DNA from: Vulcanimicrobiota bacterium
GTDB lineage: Bacteria; Vulcanimicrobiota; Xenobia; Xenobiales; JADMJV01
Direction of reading: 5' to 3'
Assembly (NCBI GenBank): GCA_050250895.1
Contig: JBFWNU010000001.1
Location: 648,008-712,007, forward strand
DNA: 64,000 nucleotides
In this document: in pieces, positions 54,696 through 64,000 of the stretch
Position numbering within the stretch: position 1 is the first letter of the stretch
Layout of the letters: the number at the start of each line of letters is the position of its first letter
Made by a program: the position numbers and the translations under genes
The notes under the pieces: model-generated
The model's input: only the letters and a program-made list of their open reading frames with translations
The model's database searches: none
What the model was told of the DNA's origin: nothing

Positions 54696-56009
54696 ATGGT
54701 CAAGAAAAAAGTCGTGGTGCTGGGAGCCGGATTTGGCGGGCTGCAAGCCGCCCGCACCTTCCGTCGCCGCTCGGATGTCGAAGTCACCATCATCGACCGC
54801 ACCAACCATCACCTTTTTCAGCCCCTGCTCTACCAGGTGGCCACGGGAGGACTCAACCCTTCCGAGATCGCCAGTCCGGTGCGGGCGGTGTTGGGCCGGC
54901 AGAAAAACCTTACCTCGCTGATGGGCAACGTCACCAGCGTCGACTACGAGCACAACCGGGTCGAACTCGACGGGGGCCAGATCACTCTCGAGTATGACTA
55001 TCTAGTCCTGGCCATGGGAGGCCGCACCAGCTACTTCGGCAACGACCAGTGGGAGAAAGTGGCGCCGGGCCTCAAGTCGTTGCAAGACGCCCTGACCATC
55101 CGCCAGCGCGTGCTGTGGGCCTTTGAGCGGGCCGAAAAACTCGAGGACGGCCCCGAACGCGAAAAGCTCATGACCATCGTGGTGGTCGGCGGCGGCCCCA
55201 CCGGGGTAGAGCTGGCCGGAGCCATGGCCGAACTGCGTCGCCACGTGTTGCGATGGGATTTCAAGAACATCGACCCCAACAAGGCTCGGGTTTTGCTGGT
55301 GGAGGGCGGACCGGGGCTGCTGGGAGCCTTTCCCGAGCGGCTCGGCAAGTACGCCACCCGCAAGCTCGAGAACCTCGGCGTCGAGCTGCTCTTCAACGAG
55401 CGCGTCAAGACCATCGAAGCCGGCCGCGTGGTCACCGAGGCCCGCACCATCGAGGCCGAAAACATCATCTGGGCGGCGGGCGTGGGTGGTCACGAACTGG
55501 CTCCGCGGCTGGGGGATGACCGGGACCGGGCCGGGCGGCTGACGGTCGAAGCCGACCTGCACCTACCTGGCCGAGACAACGTCTATTGTGTCGGCGACAT
55601 GGCCCACTACGAGCACTCCCAAACCAACGACGGCAAGCTGCTTCCCGGGGTGGCCCAGGTGGCCATTCAACAGGGCAAGCTGGCAGCCAAGAACATTCTG
55701 CGTCAACTCGACGGCCAGCCGACTCAGCCCTTTCACTACTTCGACAAGGGCAGCATGGCCACCATCGGTCGGAGTGCTGCCGTGGCCCACACTCCCTTCA
55801 ATCTGCAAATGACCGGGCCGCTGGCCTGGCTGGCCTGGCTGTTCGTTCACCTGATGTTTCTGGTCGACTATCGCAATCGCTTGATCGTGCTCCTGCGCTG
55901 GACCTGGAAGTACTTCGGCTGGCGCTGGAACGTGCGCCTGATCACGGCCCCGCCCGAAACCAGTGAAGAGAGCGCCGAAGAGCCCAGGACCCCCGTCGAG
56001 AGTTCGTGA
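54696..56009 (+). CDS. ndh: Type II NADH dehydrogenase
   Basis: Motifs GAGFGG, HHLFQPLLYQVAT, VVGGGPTGVELAG, AQVAIQQG and KGSMATIGR. Confidence 0.95.
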   Translation: MVKKKVVVLGAGFGGLQAARTFRRRSDVEVTIIDRTNHHLFQPLLYQVATGGLNPSEIASPVRAVLGRQKNLTSLMGNVTSVDYEHNRVELDGGQITLEYDYLVLAMGGRTSYFGNDQWEKVAPGLKSLQDALTIRQRVLWAFERAEKLEDGPEREKLMTIVVVGGGPTGVELAGAMAELRRHVLRWDFKNIDPNKARVLLVEGGPGLLGAFPERLGKYATRKLENLGVELLFNERVKTIEAGRVVTEARTIEAENIIWAAGVGGHELAPRLGDDRDRAGRLTVEADLHLPGRDNVYCVGDMAHYEHSQTNDGKLLPGVAQVAIQQGKLAAKNILRQLDGQPTQPFHYFDKGSMATIGRSAAVAHTPFNLQMTGPLAWLAWLFVHLMFLVDYRNRLIVLLRWTWKYFGWRWNVRLITAPPETSEESAEEPRTPVESS

Positions 56010-57511
56010 AACGGCCCCGGGCAACCGGTCCCAAACAGATGGTGGGTCGCCTCATGAACGACCCCACTTTCGTTCCCAAGCGCTGGCTCGATGGCTTCAT
56101 CGCACTCTTGATCGTGTTTTCGGCCGGCGAGATCATTCACTACTCCCTGAGCGAGGCCACTCCACCCGCTTGGATGGTCAACCTCGACCACGCCATTCTG
56201 GGCCTGTTCCTGGTAGAATACCTGGCCCGGCTTTGGGTGGTGGACCCCGAACTACCCGAAGTTCTCCAACTGAGCGACAGCCAGCGGCTCTGGTATCATC
56301 TCAAGGCGCGTCTTGCCTGGGCCCTGACTCCCCTGGCTCTCATCGACCTGCTGGCTCTTTTGCCACTGTTCTCGCTGGCCGATTCGTTGCGCTTGCTGAG
56401 GGTGATGCGGGTGCTGCGCCTGCTCAGGCTCTATCGAGCCTTCGTCTATCACGATACCTTCGTCAAACTGGCCAAGGCCTTTCGTTCCAACACGCTGCTC
56501 TATCTCGTGGCCTTCAGTCTGGTAGGAGTTACCGTCCTGATCGGGTCGCTCAGCTTCTTTGTGGTCGAAAGCCGTGTCAACGAAAGGGTTCAGACTCCCT
56601 GGGACGCTCTTTGGTGGACGGTGGTCACACTGACCACCGTGGGTTACGGCGACACCGTGCCCGCCACTCCGGCCGGGCGGGTGGTGGCACTGGTTCTGAT
56701 GCTGGCCGGAATGATCTTGCTGGCCGTGTTCGCCGGTGTCATGTCCCAAACCATGGTAGGGTACCTTTTGGACGTGCGAGAAGAGCGCGTGCGTATGAGT
56801 TCGGTGGTGGACCAGGTAGTGGTTTGCGGCTGGAACAGCCGCGGCCCGATGATCGTTGAAGAACTGGCCGCCCTGGATCCCGACCGCTCGGTAGTGGTCT
56901 TTTCGGCGGGCGAGTCGCCGGAGGATCTACCCTCGACGGCCACCCATATCCGCGGCGATCCAACCAGGGAGGCCGAACTGGACAAGGTTCGTATGGCGGT
57001 GGCCTCGGCCGCTATCGTGCTGGCCACCCCGGGCGAGGCACTGTCGGCCTCGGATGGCCACACGGCCCTGGTGGTCTATACTGTCCGTTCGTTCGAGGCC
57101 AAGTTGAGCCGGCGCGAGGTCCACCGCAAGCGGCCACTGCATATATGCGCCGAACTGATGGATCCCGAGAACTTTGACCACCTCAAGACGGCCGGGGCCG
57201 ACGAGGTGGTCCATACCGCCCAGATCGGCAGCAACCTGATCGCCCACTCTTCGAACCGACCGGGCATGGCCAGTGTGGTCAAAGAGTTGTTATCCTGGTG
57301 GGGTCAGCAGATCGACATCTCTACCCCACCCGAGGGGCTGGCCCTGCCGGCCTCCTTCGAGCAGGTGGGCGACGAGGTGCGCCAGCGGGGGCGCTATCTC
57401 GTCATCGGCCTCATTCGCGCTGGCGGTGAGGTCTTGCTCAACCCCCCCAACGACACCCCGGTGAACCCGGGAGACCGCATCGTGTACCTGCGCGATGGAG
57501 ATGAGGACTGA
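56006..57511 (+). CDS. 6TM potassium channel with RCK domain
   Basis: S4 LRLLRVMRVLRLLR, selectivity filter TTVGYGD, VVVCGW and GDPT, plus RCK-C. Confidence 0.93.
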   Translation: MKRPRATGPKQMVGRLMNDPTFVPKRWLDGFIALLIVFSAGEIIHYSLSEATPPAWMVNLDHAILGLFLVEYLARLWVVDPELPEVLQLSDSQRLWYHLKARLAWALTPLALIDLLALLPLFSLADSLRLLRVMRVLRLLRLYRAFVYHDTFVKLAKAFRSNTLLYLVAFSLVGVTVLIGSLSFFVVESRVNERVQTPWDALWWTVVTLTTVGYGDTVPATPAGRVVALVLMLAGMILLAVFAGVMSQTMVGYLLDVREERVRMSSVVDQVVVCGWNSRGPMIVEELAALDPDRSVVVFSAGESPEDLPSTATHIRGDPTREAELDKVRMAVASAAIVLATPGEALSASDGHTALVVYTVRSFEAKLSRREVHRKRPLHICAELMDPENFDHLKTAGADEVVHTAQIGSNLIAHSSNRPGMASVVKELLSWWGQQIDISTPPEGLALPASFEQVGDEVRQRGRYLVIGLIRAGGEVLLNPPNDTPVNPGDRIVYLRDGDED

Positions 57512-58431
57512 TGTTTGATTCGAGGATGGCCGAGGCGGCGGTGGCTGCCGTGGCCGAAGCGGCCGAGGTGGTTGGTCGGGTCAGCCGGCCCGAGAGCCTG
57601 GCTAAAGCCGATACTTCCCCCGTCACCCTGGCGGACTACGCCTCCCAGGCGGTGGTCACCCGGTCGCTGCGCGACCACCTGGGTCCCCAGACCCGGTTGG
57701 TGGGCGAAGAAGGGTCCGATCTGCTGGAGCGAAATCCTGAATTCTCCGCCCAGCTCGCCGAACTGCTCGGCTTCGTCCCCGGCCCTGATCTGTTCAAACC
57801 GAGCTCGCTGGAGGAGGGGGCCTGCTGGGTGCTCGACCCCATCGACGGCACTAAAGGCTTTCTGCGAGGGGATCAGTATGCCATCGCCCTGGCCCTGGTA
57901 AAACAGGGAAGGGTGCAAGTGGCCGTGCTGGGCTGCCCGAACCTGCTCCTCGAGTGCCTGGGAGGTCGTGGCTGCCTGGTCACGGCGGCGCGTGGCCAGG
58001 GTTGTTGGGCTCGACTGCTCCAGGGCCAGGATTGGGTCCAGCTCAAGACCAGCGAGCGAGAGCACGACCTGCGCATTCTCACTTCGGTCGAACCGGCTCA
58101 CTCCGACGACGCCGTGGCCCGCCGGGTGACCGAACGCTTCGGCGCCACCGCCATCCCCATGGACAGCCAGGCCAAATACGCCGTGCTGGCGGCGGGCGAA
58201 GGCGAGGTCTATCTGCGCATTCCCCACCGGGAAAAAATCCATCGGGAGTATATCTGGGACCAGGCGGCCGGCGCTTTGGTCGTCGAAGAGGCCGGGGGGA
58301 TCATTACCGATTTGCAAGCGCGCCCTCTGGATTTTTCCACCGGCACCCGGCTGCTGAACAACCTGGGAGTCTGCGCCAGCAACGGCCCCCCCCATCAGGC
58401 CCTCATCGAGCTGTTCAGCCAGCTGGTGTGA
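57511..58431 (+). CDS. 3'(2'),5'-bisphosphate nucleotidase, HAL2/CysQ (inositol monophosphatase) family
   Basis: Motifs SPVTLADY, WVLDPIDGTKGFLRG, DSQAKY and IWDQAAG. Confidence 0.92.
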   Translation: MFDSRMAEAAVAAVAEAAEVVGRVSRPESLAKADTSPVTLADYASQAVVTRSLRDHLGPQTRLVGEEGSDLLERNPEFSAQLAELLGFVPGPDLFKPSSLEEGACWVLDPIDGTKGFLRGDQYAIALALVKQGRVQVAVLGCPNLLLECLGGRGCLVTAARGQGCWARLLQGQDWVQLKTSEREHDLRILTSVEPAHSDDAVARRVTERFGATAIPMDSQAKYAVLAAGEGEVYLRIPHREKIHREYIWDQAAGALVVEEAGGIITDLQARPLDFSTGTRLLNNLGVCASNGPPHQALIELFSQLV

Positions 58432-59569
58432 CGATGGCCTCGAGTTCGGGCGAATCGTAACCCCACCGGCGGGCCTCTTTGACCAGTTCGGCCGCTTTGG
58501 CGGGCTGGCCGGCAGCCGCGAAGGCCCGGGCGGCCACGGTCAGAGTCTCGTTGTCCCGCCGGCGTTCCAGTTCGTTCTTCATCACCTCGACCGCCCGCGC
58601 CACGTCCTCGGGCCGCCCGCGCTCGAGATAAAGTCGGCCCAAATCCCGGCCGTGGCCGTAGTGACCGCGGGCAAGGTCGCCTTCAAGAATCGTCTGGGCC
58701 TGCTCCCACACCCGCTCGGCTTCTTGATCACGTCCAGCCAGATGATGACACAACCCCAACCACACCAGGGGTGCCGCTTCTTGATTTTTGGCGAAAGCCC
58801 GGGTGTAGAACTCGCCGGCCCTGGAGTAATCCATCTGCTCACGGGCTAGATGCCCCAGCCAGAGCAGAGCGGCCGGGTCATCCTGGCGGGCCTGCAGGGC
58901 CCCCAAAAAGGCCTGCCGAGCAGCCTCGAAACGCTCTAGCCGCATCAAGCACCGCCCCATCTCGACCCGCAGCAGGGCCGACAAGCTGCGCTGCTGGGGT
59001 TGCTCTAGATTGATGGCCTCTTGATAATACTCGGCTGCCTGCTCGAATTGGCCGCGCGCCTCGGCCAGACGACCCTTGAGACCCAGATAACCCGGTCCCG
59101 GCTCGCGGGGCAACCGTTTGAACCAGGCTTCGGCCTGATCGACGCGACCCAGCTCGATATTCGCCGTGGTCAGCAGACTCAAAGCGCCCTCGTTGTTCGA
59201 GTCGCGATGCAGCACGTCTTCGCAAAGAGCGACGCACTGAGCGAACTCATGCGTTGCCTCATGGACTTGAGCCAACACCAGGGTGGCGCCGGGATTGGGC
59301 TGGCGCTCGATCGACTCGCGCGCCAGTTGAGCCGCCAACTCGAAAAAGCTGGGGTCCCGGGTGAGGCGGGCCTTCTCTAGATAAGCCTCCGCCAAAGTGG
59401 CCCGGTCCACGAAGCCTTTCGGGTTGCGCTCCACGCGGTCCCGATAGAACGTGATCAGCTCATCGGTCGTGGGGCCCGAGGCCTGGACATATTGATAGTC
59501 GTAGGGGTTTGCCGCCGGCCGGCTACAGGCCACCAGCCCGAGCAGCAGCAGCCACCACAGCTTGCTCAC
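58415..59569 (-). CDS. TPR lipoprotein
   Basis: Lipobox LVAC and multiple TPRs. Confidence 0.85.
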   Translation of the reverse strand: MSKLWWLLLLGLVACSRPAANPYDYQYVQASGPTTDELITFYRDRVERNPKGFVDRATLAEAYLEKARLTRDPSFFELAAQLARESIERQPNPGATLVLAQVHEATHEFAQCVALCEDVLHRDSNNEGALSLLTTANIELGRVDQAEAWFKRLPREPGPGYLGLKGRLAEARGQFEQAAEYYQEAINLEQPQQRSLSALLRVEMGRCLMRLERFEAARQAFLGALQARQDDPAALLWLGHLAREQMDYSRAGEFYTRAFAKNQEAAPLVWLGLCHHLAGRDQEAERVWEQAQTILEGDLARGHYGHGRDLGRLYLERGRPEDVARAVEVMKNELERRRDNETLTVAARAFAAAGQPAKAAELVKEARRWGYDSPELEAIVTPAG

Positions 59570-60258
59570 TTCTTTTCGAGCTTGGCCAACTTGTCGGCCA
59601 GGGCGTCGTGCTTGTTCTGGCGAGCCCGAATGGCCGGGGTGCGCCCGTCGTTATCCACCACGCCCGGGTTGGCCCCGGCCTCGAGCAGCAGCTGGCAAAC
59701 CTCATCCTGGCCACTGGCCGCGGCCCAGTGCAGCGGGGTCGAGTTGGTGGCATCCCGGGCGTTGAGGTCGGCCCCCTGTTCTAGCAAGAAACTGCACATT
59801 TCGGTCTTGCCGTTGATGGCCGCCGTGTGCAGGGCGAACAGACCCATAGAGTCGGTGGCGTCTTTCTGGGCCCCTCGCTCCAGCAGATAGCGGGCCGCCT
59901 CGACGTGGCCACCCCCGGCGGCCACCAAGAAAGGGGTGCTGTCAAAGGCGCCCCGGGCCTCGATATCGGCGCCCTGGTCGAGCAGATAGGCGAGCATCTC
60001 GACCTGGCCATAGTGGGCGGCTGTATGAAGTGGAGCAAACTGAGACTGATTGCGGCCGTTCACCGAAATCGGGCTGCCCGAAAGAAGGCCCTTTAGCTCT
60101 TCAAGCTTGCCCCCCTCGATGACCCTGGTGACCTCTACTTGCAGCTCGGCCTCTTTGACGATCTCTTGCTGTGTTGGTGGCTTCGGCTTCGTCGGGGTCG
60201 ACTGGCAGCCCACCATGGTCAGCGTTAGCACAACAAGCAAGCAGTGGTAAATCCTCAT
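59566..60258 (-). CDS. Ankyrin-repeat lipoprotein
   Basis: Lipobox MVGC. Ankyrin repeats PLHTAA, TPFLVAA and TPLHWAA. Confidence 0.9.
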   Translation of the reverse strand: MRIYHCLLVVLTLTMVGCQSTPTKPKPPTQQEIVKEAELQVEVTRVIEGGKLEELKGLLSGSPISVNGRNQSQFAPLHTAAHYGQVEMLAYLLDQGADIEARGAFDSTPFLVAAGGGHVEAARYLLERGAQKDATDSMGLFALHTAAINGKTEMCSFLLEQGADLNARDATNSTPLHWAAASGQDEVCQLLLEAGANPGVVDNDGRTPAIRARQNKHDALADKLAKLEKK

Positions 60259-60357
60259 GGCTTTCCATACCATCGAGGCATGGGGTCCAAACGTATAAGA
60301 GGACCCTCGAGATTTTCTGCGAACGGAACCAGACTTGCAAATCCCAGGGAGGTCAAT

Positions 60358-61179
60358 ATGCAGCTTCGGCAATGGGCCGCTCGCTTTGTCCTCGGCGCTC
60401 TCGTCGCCGGCCTAGCGTTTTCCATCGTCGGTTTGCGAAGCGATCGCGTGAAAGCTTCCGACCACGATGACGGCGAAACCAATATTAAATCTCGTAACAC
60501 GGGTCTCACCGACCTGTTCGTCTTCCGCGAAGACTGGTACACCGGCATCGGAGCTGATGCCAACAACCTGATTTTCATCATGTGCACCAATCCTCGCTCG
60601 CTGCCCCGTCAGCACTACTACTTCAACACCAACGCGCTCTACAATTTCCACGTCACCCGCAACGCCACCAATAACGACGTCGTAAGTGGCCGCGAAGATT
60701 TGCGCTTCGAATTCTCCTTCGGCGCCCCCGACGCCAACAACCAGCAAGCCATCCGCTTCAACGTGCACACCGTGGCCAACGGCGTGCCCACCAACACCAC
60801 TCTGGGCGTGGCCACCAACCCGGTGACCACCGCCGCCCGCCCCCTGCTGGCCGGCACCAACACCCCCGTGGTCAATAGCTTCAACGTCAACGGCACCAAC
60901 ATCGACGTGTTTGCCGGACTGCGCGAAGACCCGTTCTTCTTCGATGTCGAGGCCTACTTCCGGCTGCGCGCCTCGCTGCGCGGCTCGAACAGCCCCACCG
61001 ATGTCGACCCGATCGGCTTTGCTCCCAGCACGGCCACTTCCGTCGACTTCGCCCAGGGCTATAACGTGAACGCCATCGTGATGCGCGTTCCCATCGCCTT
61101 CCTGCAGGCGAATGGCGAGACCAGCTTTGACGCTTGGGAAACCATCACCATTCCCGGCAACATCGCGGTGTACCAATAG
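60358..61179 (+). CDS. Secreted DUF4331 family protein
   Basis: Motifs ASDHDDG, TDLFVF, FAGLREDPFFFD and GYNVNAIV. GGGAGG RBS. Confidence 0.85.
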   Translation: MQLRQWAARFVLGALVAGLAFSIVGLRSDRVKASDHDDGETNIKSRNTGLTDLFVFREDWYTGIGADANNLIFIMCTNPRSLPRQHYYFNTNALYNFHVTRNATNNDVVSGREDLRFEFSFGAPDANNQQAIRFNVHTVANGVPTNTTLGVATNPVTTAARPLLAGTNTPVVNSFNVNGTNIDVFAGLREDPFFFDVEAYFRLRASLRGSNSPTDVDPIGFAPSTATSVDFAQGYNVNAIVMRVPIAFLQANGETSFDAWETITIPGNIAVYQ

Positions 61180-61191
61180 GAGGCAGCTAAC

Positions 61192-61857
61192 ATGAAGACT
61201 TACAAGTTCCTTGCATCAGTCGCCCTGGCCGCCAGCCTGTTCGTCACCGGTTGCGGTACCAGTTCCGACATTATCCCTCAACCCGCCCAGGCCCAGAACG
61301 GCGTGGGTGTGGTCCAGGTCGAGCAGTTAGCTCGTCCGGCCATCAACGAAGGTTTGCTGGTCGACAACGCCCTGCTCAACGCCTATAACAGCGTGCCGCC
61401 GTCGTTCGTGCGGGCGGCCCTCGACAACCAAAACGGACCAGAATTCGCCAGGGCGCTCCCGCTCATCACCGACGCCACGGCGACCCTGAATGCCCTGCTG
61501 CAGGCCAACAACAACGACGGGCCTTTTGCTGCCGTCAACAACGGCAACGGCCCCGACGCGGGCTTCTTTCTGGGCATCTTCCTGCCCGACGTGATGCGCA
61601 TCAACACCCAGCTGAACTTCGCCCCCGGGGCTCAGGCCTTCGGTGCGAGCTTCAACGGCAACTTCGTCCTCGACAGCGGTCGCAAAACCACTGACGACGT
61701 GATGGATGTGGTGTCGACGGCGTTGACCAACAACGCAGCGGTAAGAGACAACGTGCCCTACACCCGCCAGGGCGGGAACCAGGCCACCGGCCACTCGGCC
61801 CTGCCGGTGGGCGGCAACGCCAACCCGACCTTCCCCTTCCTGGCCCCGGCCAACTAG
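61192..61857 (+). CDS. DUF4331 family lipoprotein (C-terminal-half type)
   Basis: Lipobox VTGC. Motifs QVEQLARPAINE, GRKTTDDVMD and FPFLAPAN. Confidence 0.8.
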   Translation: MKTYKFLASVALAASLFVTGCGTSSDIIPQPAQAQNGVGVVQVEQLARPAINEGLLVDNALLNAYNSVPPSFVRAALDNQNGPEFARALPLITDATATLNALLQANNNDGPFAAVNNGNGPDAGFFLGIFLPDVMRINTQLNFAPGAQAFGASFNGNFVLDSGRKTTDDVMDVVSTALTNNAAVRDNVPYTRQGGNQATGHSALPVGGNANPTFPFLAPAN

Positions 61858-61875
61858 GCGACGGTCAACAACACG

Positions 61876-61907
61876 AAAAAGCCTCGGCGGCCCGCCGAGG
61901 CTTTTTT
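61876..61907. terminator. Bidirectional intrinsic terminator
   Basis: AAAAAGCCTCGGCG-GCC-CGCCGAGGCTTTTTT, between convergent genes. Confidence 0.9.
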
Positions 61908-61925
61908 CTTTGGGCTAGAGACGTC

Positions 61926-63368
61926 CTACCGGGACAGCCAACCTTCGAGGTTGCTGAACTCCTGGCGAATGGCGGCCCGTTGACCGTCGTCTTTGGCCCC
62001 GGACAGGGCCAAGCCCTGAAGCTCGTCAAGGGTCATCGATTCGACCAGGCGCCGCTGGGCGAAGGCAAAGCCCTCCTCCACCTTGGTGCGCACCCGGTCT
62101 TTCACCTCGTCGGTGGCAAAGGCCGAATTGACGCCGTTGTCGACCAGCTGACGCAGGTCGGTGGCCGAGAAGCCGAAGGCCTGAGTGATGTTGACGTAGT
62201 CGTCGGTCAGGGTGATTCCCGACACGCCAGGGTCATCGTTGTTGACGGTGACCACCGCCCCTTTGCGCATCAAGTCTGGCAGAGGATGGCTGGCCATGTC
62301 TTTGACCGCCTGGGTTTGCACGTTCGAGAGCGGGCAGATCTCATAGGGAATGCCTTTGTCGATCATCATCTGCTCGACGGCCGGGTCCTCCGAAGAGCGC
62401 ACCCCGTGGCCGATGCGATCGGCACCGAGTTCCTCAACGGCTACACGCACGTTGTTCGCTCCGCCGATACTCTTGTCGGCGTGGTGCACCGGCACCTCAC
62501 CGGCATGCACGGTGACTCCTAGACCGGCCTGCTTGGCGGCCTGAAAGACCTCTTTGTAAGGTCCCGGAGGATAATCGTATTCATTGTTGGCCAGGTCGAG
62601 CGCGACCACACCGGCATCTTTGTACTTCTCGGCTAGCTTCTCGACCACCCAACCAGACTCGACGCCCATCTGGCGCTCGATGATCATGATCAGACCCAGG
62701 TCCATCCCGAAGTCCTGAGAAGCCCGCTTGGCGCCTTTAAGGACGGCCTGGGTAACAGCGTCCAGGTCGAGGTTGTTGGTGGAGGCCATATACATCGGCG
62801 AGAACCGCAATTCGGCGTACTGGAGATTGTCGTCAGAGCAATCCTTGGCCACATGATAGGTAAGATCTTCAATGACCTGGGGATCTTTGAAGATCTTGCC
62901 GATCAGATTGAACTTCTCCAAGAACACCTTGAGCCCGTCCTCGGCCGCGGCATCCTTATCCTTGGCGGTGATCTGAATCAGCTCGCGCAGTTCTTCGACA
63001 TCGTAGGTCGGCAGTTCGATATCGTTCTTCTTGGCCACGTCCGCCAGCGCCTCGGGAGTGATGGCTCCTTCGAGGTGGCGGTGCAGGTCGGTCTTGGGAA
63101 CGTCCTGGCTGAATTGGCGAAGCTGTTCGTTGCGCAGGCCCGACAGAGGAGCCAGAGCAACCGAGGCCAGGGCCTGGTCCAATTGAGCGAAAATCGCTTC
63201 TTTGGACACCCCCGAGCCGCACAACTCGGCGATGGTTCGGCCGCTGAGCTCGCTCGTCTCGCGACCTCCGATGGTCACCTGATCGCCATCCGGCCTCTTC
63301 TGGCAACCGCAGGCGCGAGCGGTGGGCGACGGAGTCGTGGGACTGAAGTTCCTCTGAATCGAGACCAT
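61926..63368 (-). CDS. add: Adenosine deaminase with N- and C-terminal extensions
   Basis: Motifs PKTDLHRHLEG, YAELRFSP, TVHAGE, RIGHG, EICPLSN and NNDDP. Confidence 0.92.
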   Translation of the reverse strand: MVSIQRNFSPTTPSPTARACGCQKRPDGDQVTIGGRETSELSGRTIAELCGSGVSKEAIFAQLDQALASVALAPLSGLRNEQLRQFSQDVPKTDLHRHLEGAITPEALADVAKKNDIELPTYDVEELRELIQITAKDKDAAAEDGLKVFLEKFNLIGKIFKDPQVIEDLTYHVAKDCSDDNLQYAELRFSPMYMASTNNLDLDAVTQAVLKGAKRASQDFGMDLGLIMIIERQMGVESGWVVEKLAEKYKDAGVVALDLANNEYDYPPGPYKEVFQAAKQAGLGVTVHAGEVPVHHADKSIGGANNVRVAVEELGADRIGHGVRSSEDPAVEQMMIDKGIPYEICPLSNVQTQAVKDMASHPLPDLMRKGAVVTVNNDDPGVSGITLTDDYVNITQAFGFSATDLRQLVDNGVNSAFATDEVKDRVRTKVEEGFAFAQRRLVESMTLDELQGLALSGAKDDGQRAAIRQEFSNLEGWLSR

Positions 63369-63432
63369 TGGCAAACCTCCTATTGTCTGTCATGTCAGAA
63401 TAGGAAGAATGCCTCAAAAATCGCTGAAAGGA

Positions 63433-63921
63433 CTACATGCGGGGGGCGCCGGGCGGAAGCTGCTGATCATCGTCATTCGCCTGCCACTGCTGCTGCGGGG
63501 GCGGCGATTGCGACTGGGCAGCGGCCATCTGGGCCGGATTGATGGCCGCCTCTTCAGCCTGGTGAACCGGGGCAGCCGCTGGAGCGCTACCGGCCTGCAC
63601 CAGGGGCTCGGGAGCCTCGCTGGCCGGCGCATCGTCTGGCTTCTTACCGCGAAACGCGTCATAGAGAGCCTTGATGAACAACCCGGTGAGATAGCGATAG
63701 TAGCCAAACCGTCGGCGTTCGAGGCTCTTGATGACCGCCTCGACCCCAACCAGCTCTTCTTCGACCAGAGGATGCTCAAAGCCGCAAGACTGGATGTGAA
63801 GGCGCAGCTTGAGAGCCAGGGTCAGGGCTTCTTCGTGCTTTTTGAAGCGCAACTGCGTGTTGACCTGGGCGGCGCGCTTTTGAATCTCTTGCACGGGTCC
63901 CGGGGCATTGTTCTCGACCAT
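63433..63921 (-). CDS. Hypothetical protein with Pro/Gln-rich tail
   Basis: ORF with a strong AAGGAGGAG RBS. Confidence 0.65.
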   Translation of the reverse strand: MVENNAPGPVQEIQKRAAQVNTQLRFKKHEEALTLALKLRLHIQSCGFEHPLVEEELVGVEAVIKSLERRRFGYYRYLTGLFIKALYDAFRGKKPDDAPASEAPEPLVQAGSAPAAAPVHQAEEAAINPAQMAAAQSQSPPPQQQWQANDDDQQLPPGAPRM

Positions 63922-63930
63922 GGCTCCTCC

Positions 63931-64000
63931 TTACCTCAGCAAATTGATCAGGTCGTCTCGACCGGCCGCTTTAGCCAGACTCATCGGGGTCTTACCAGAA
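63931..64000 (-). CDS. C-terminal end of an ankyrin-repeat protein (truncated by the window edge)
   Basis: Translates SGKTPMSLAKAAGRDDLINLLR*, an ankyrin-type terminal repeat. Confidence 0.55.
   Translation of the reverse strand, partial: SGKTPMSLAKAAGRDDLINLLR

Noticed and set aside
50408-54700. tRNA-Sec (selC) near the sel operon
   Set aside because: The genes overlap or abut, and I found no cloverleaf in the intergenic gaps of the window.

Overview
High-GC (roughly 65%) bacterial chromosomal window, densely coding, with no rRNA, tRNA, CRISPR array or transposase that I can recognise. Housekeeping content: ccsA/hemX-hemC-hemD, deoC, Crp, SplB-like radical SAM, FIST, L,D-transpeptidase, PfkB kinase, GldA/F/G-like ABC operon, two-component genes, APC permease, vapBC, class II photolyase, Uma2 nuclease, GGDEF-EAL protein, selD-selA-selB, NDH-2, K+ channel, HAL2/CysQ-like nucleotidase, DUF4331 pair and adenosine deaminase. 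Best candidate for a new system: an operon at 12858-15527 with a radical SAM/SPASM enzyme followed by five translationally coupled ~110-aa paralogues. They share a near-invariant 31-aa twin-arginine leader, and their variable Pro-rich cores carry 17-18 copies of an h-x-G-x-(V/M/A)-x-x-P motif plus T-P-T-C-type cysteines. This fits a putative new RiPP-like or protein-modification system exported by Tat. It is followed by a (GACGGTA)6 repeat and a duplicated 151-bp hairpin array. Other notable items: selD is itself a selenoprotein (in-frame UGA plus a SECIS-like hairpin, split in the ORF track); a lipoyl/PSBD-sugar acetyltransferase + E1 alpha/beta + GT-C-like operon; a GNAT-class II aaRS-like fusion; a divergent GlpX-like protein; tandem giant TPM-like proteins; and an unannotated 29-aa ORF. 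All family calls come from motif recognition by eye; no database searches were run.
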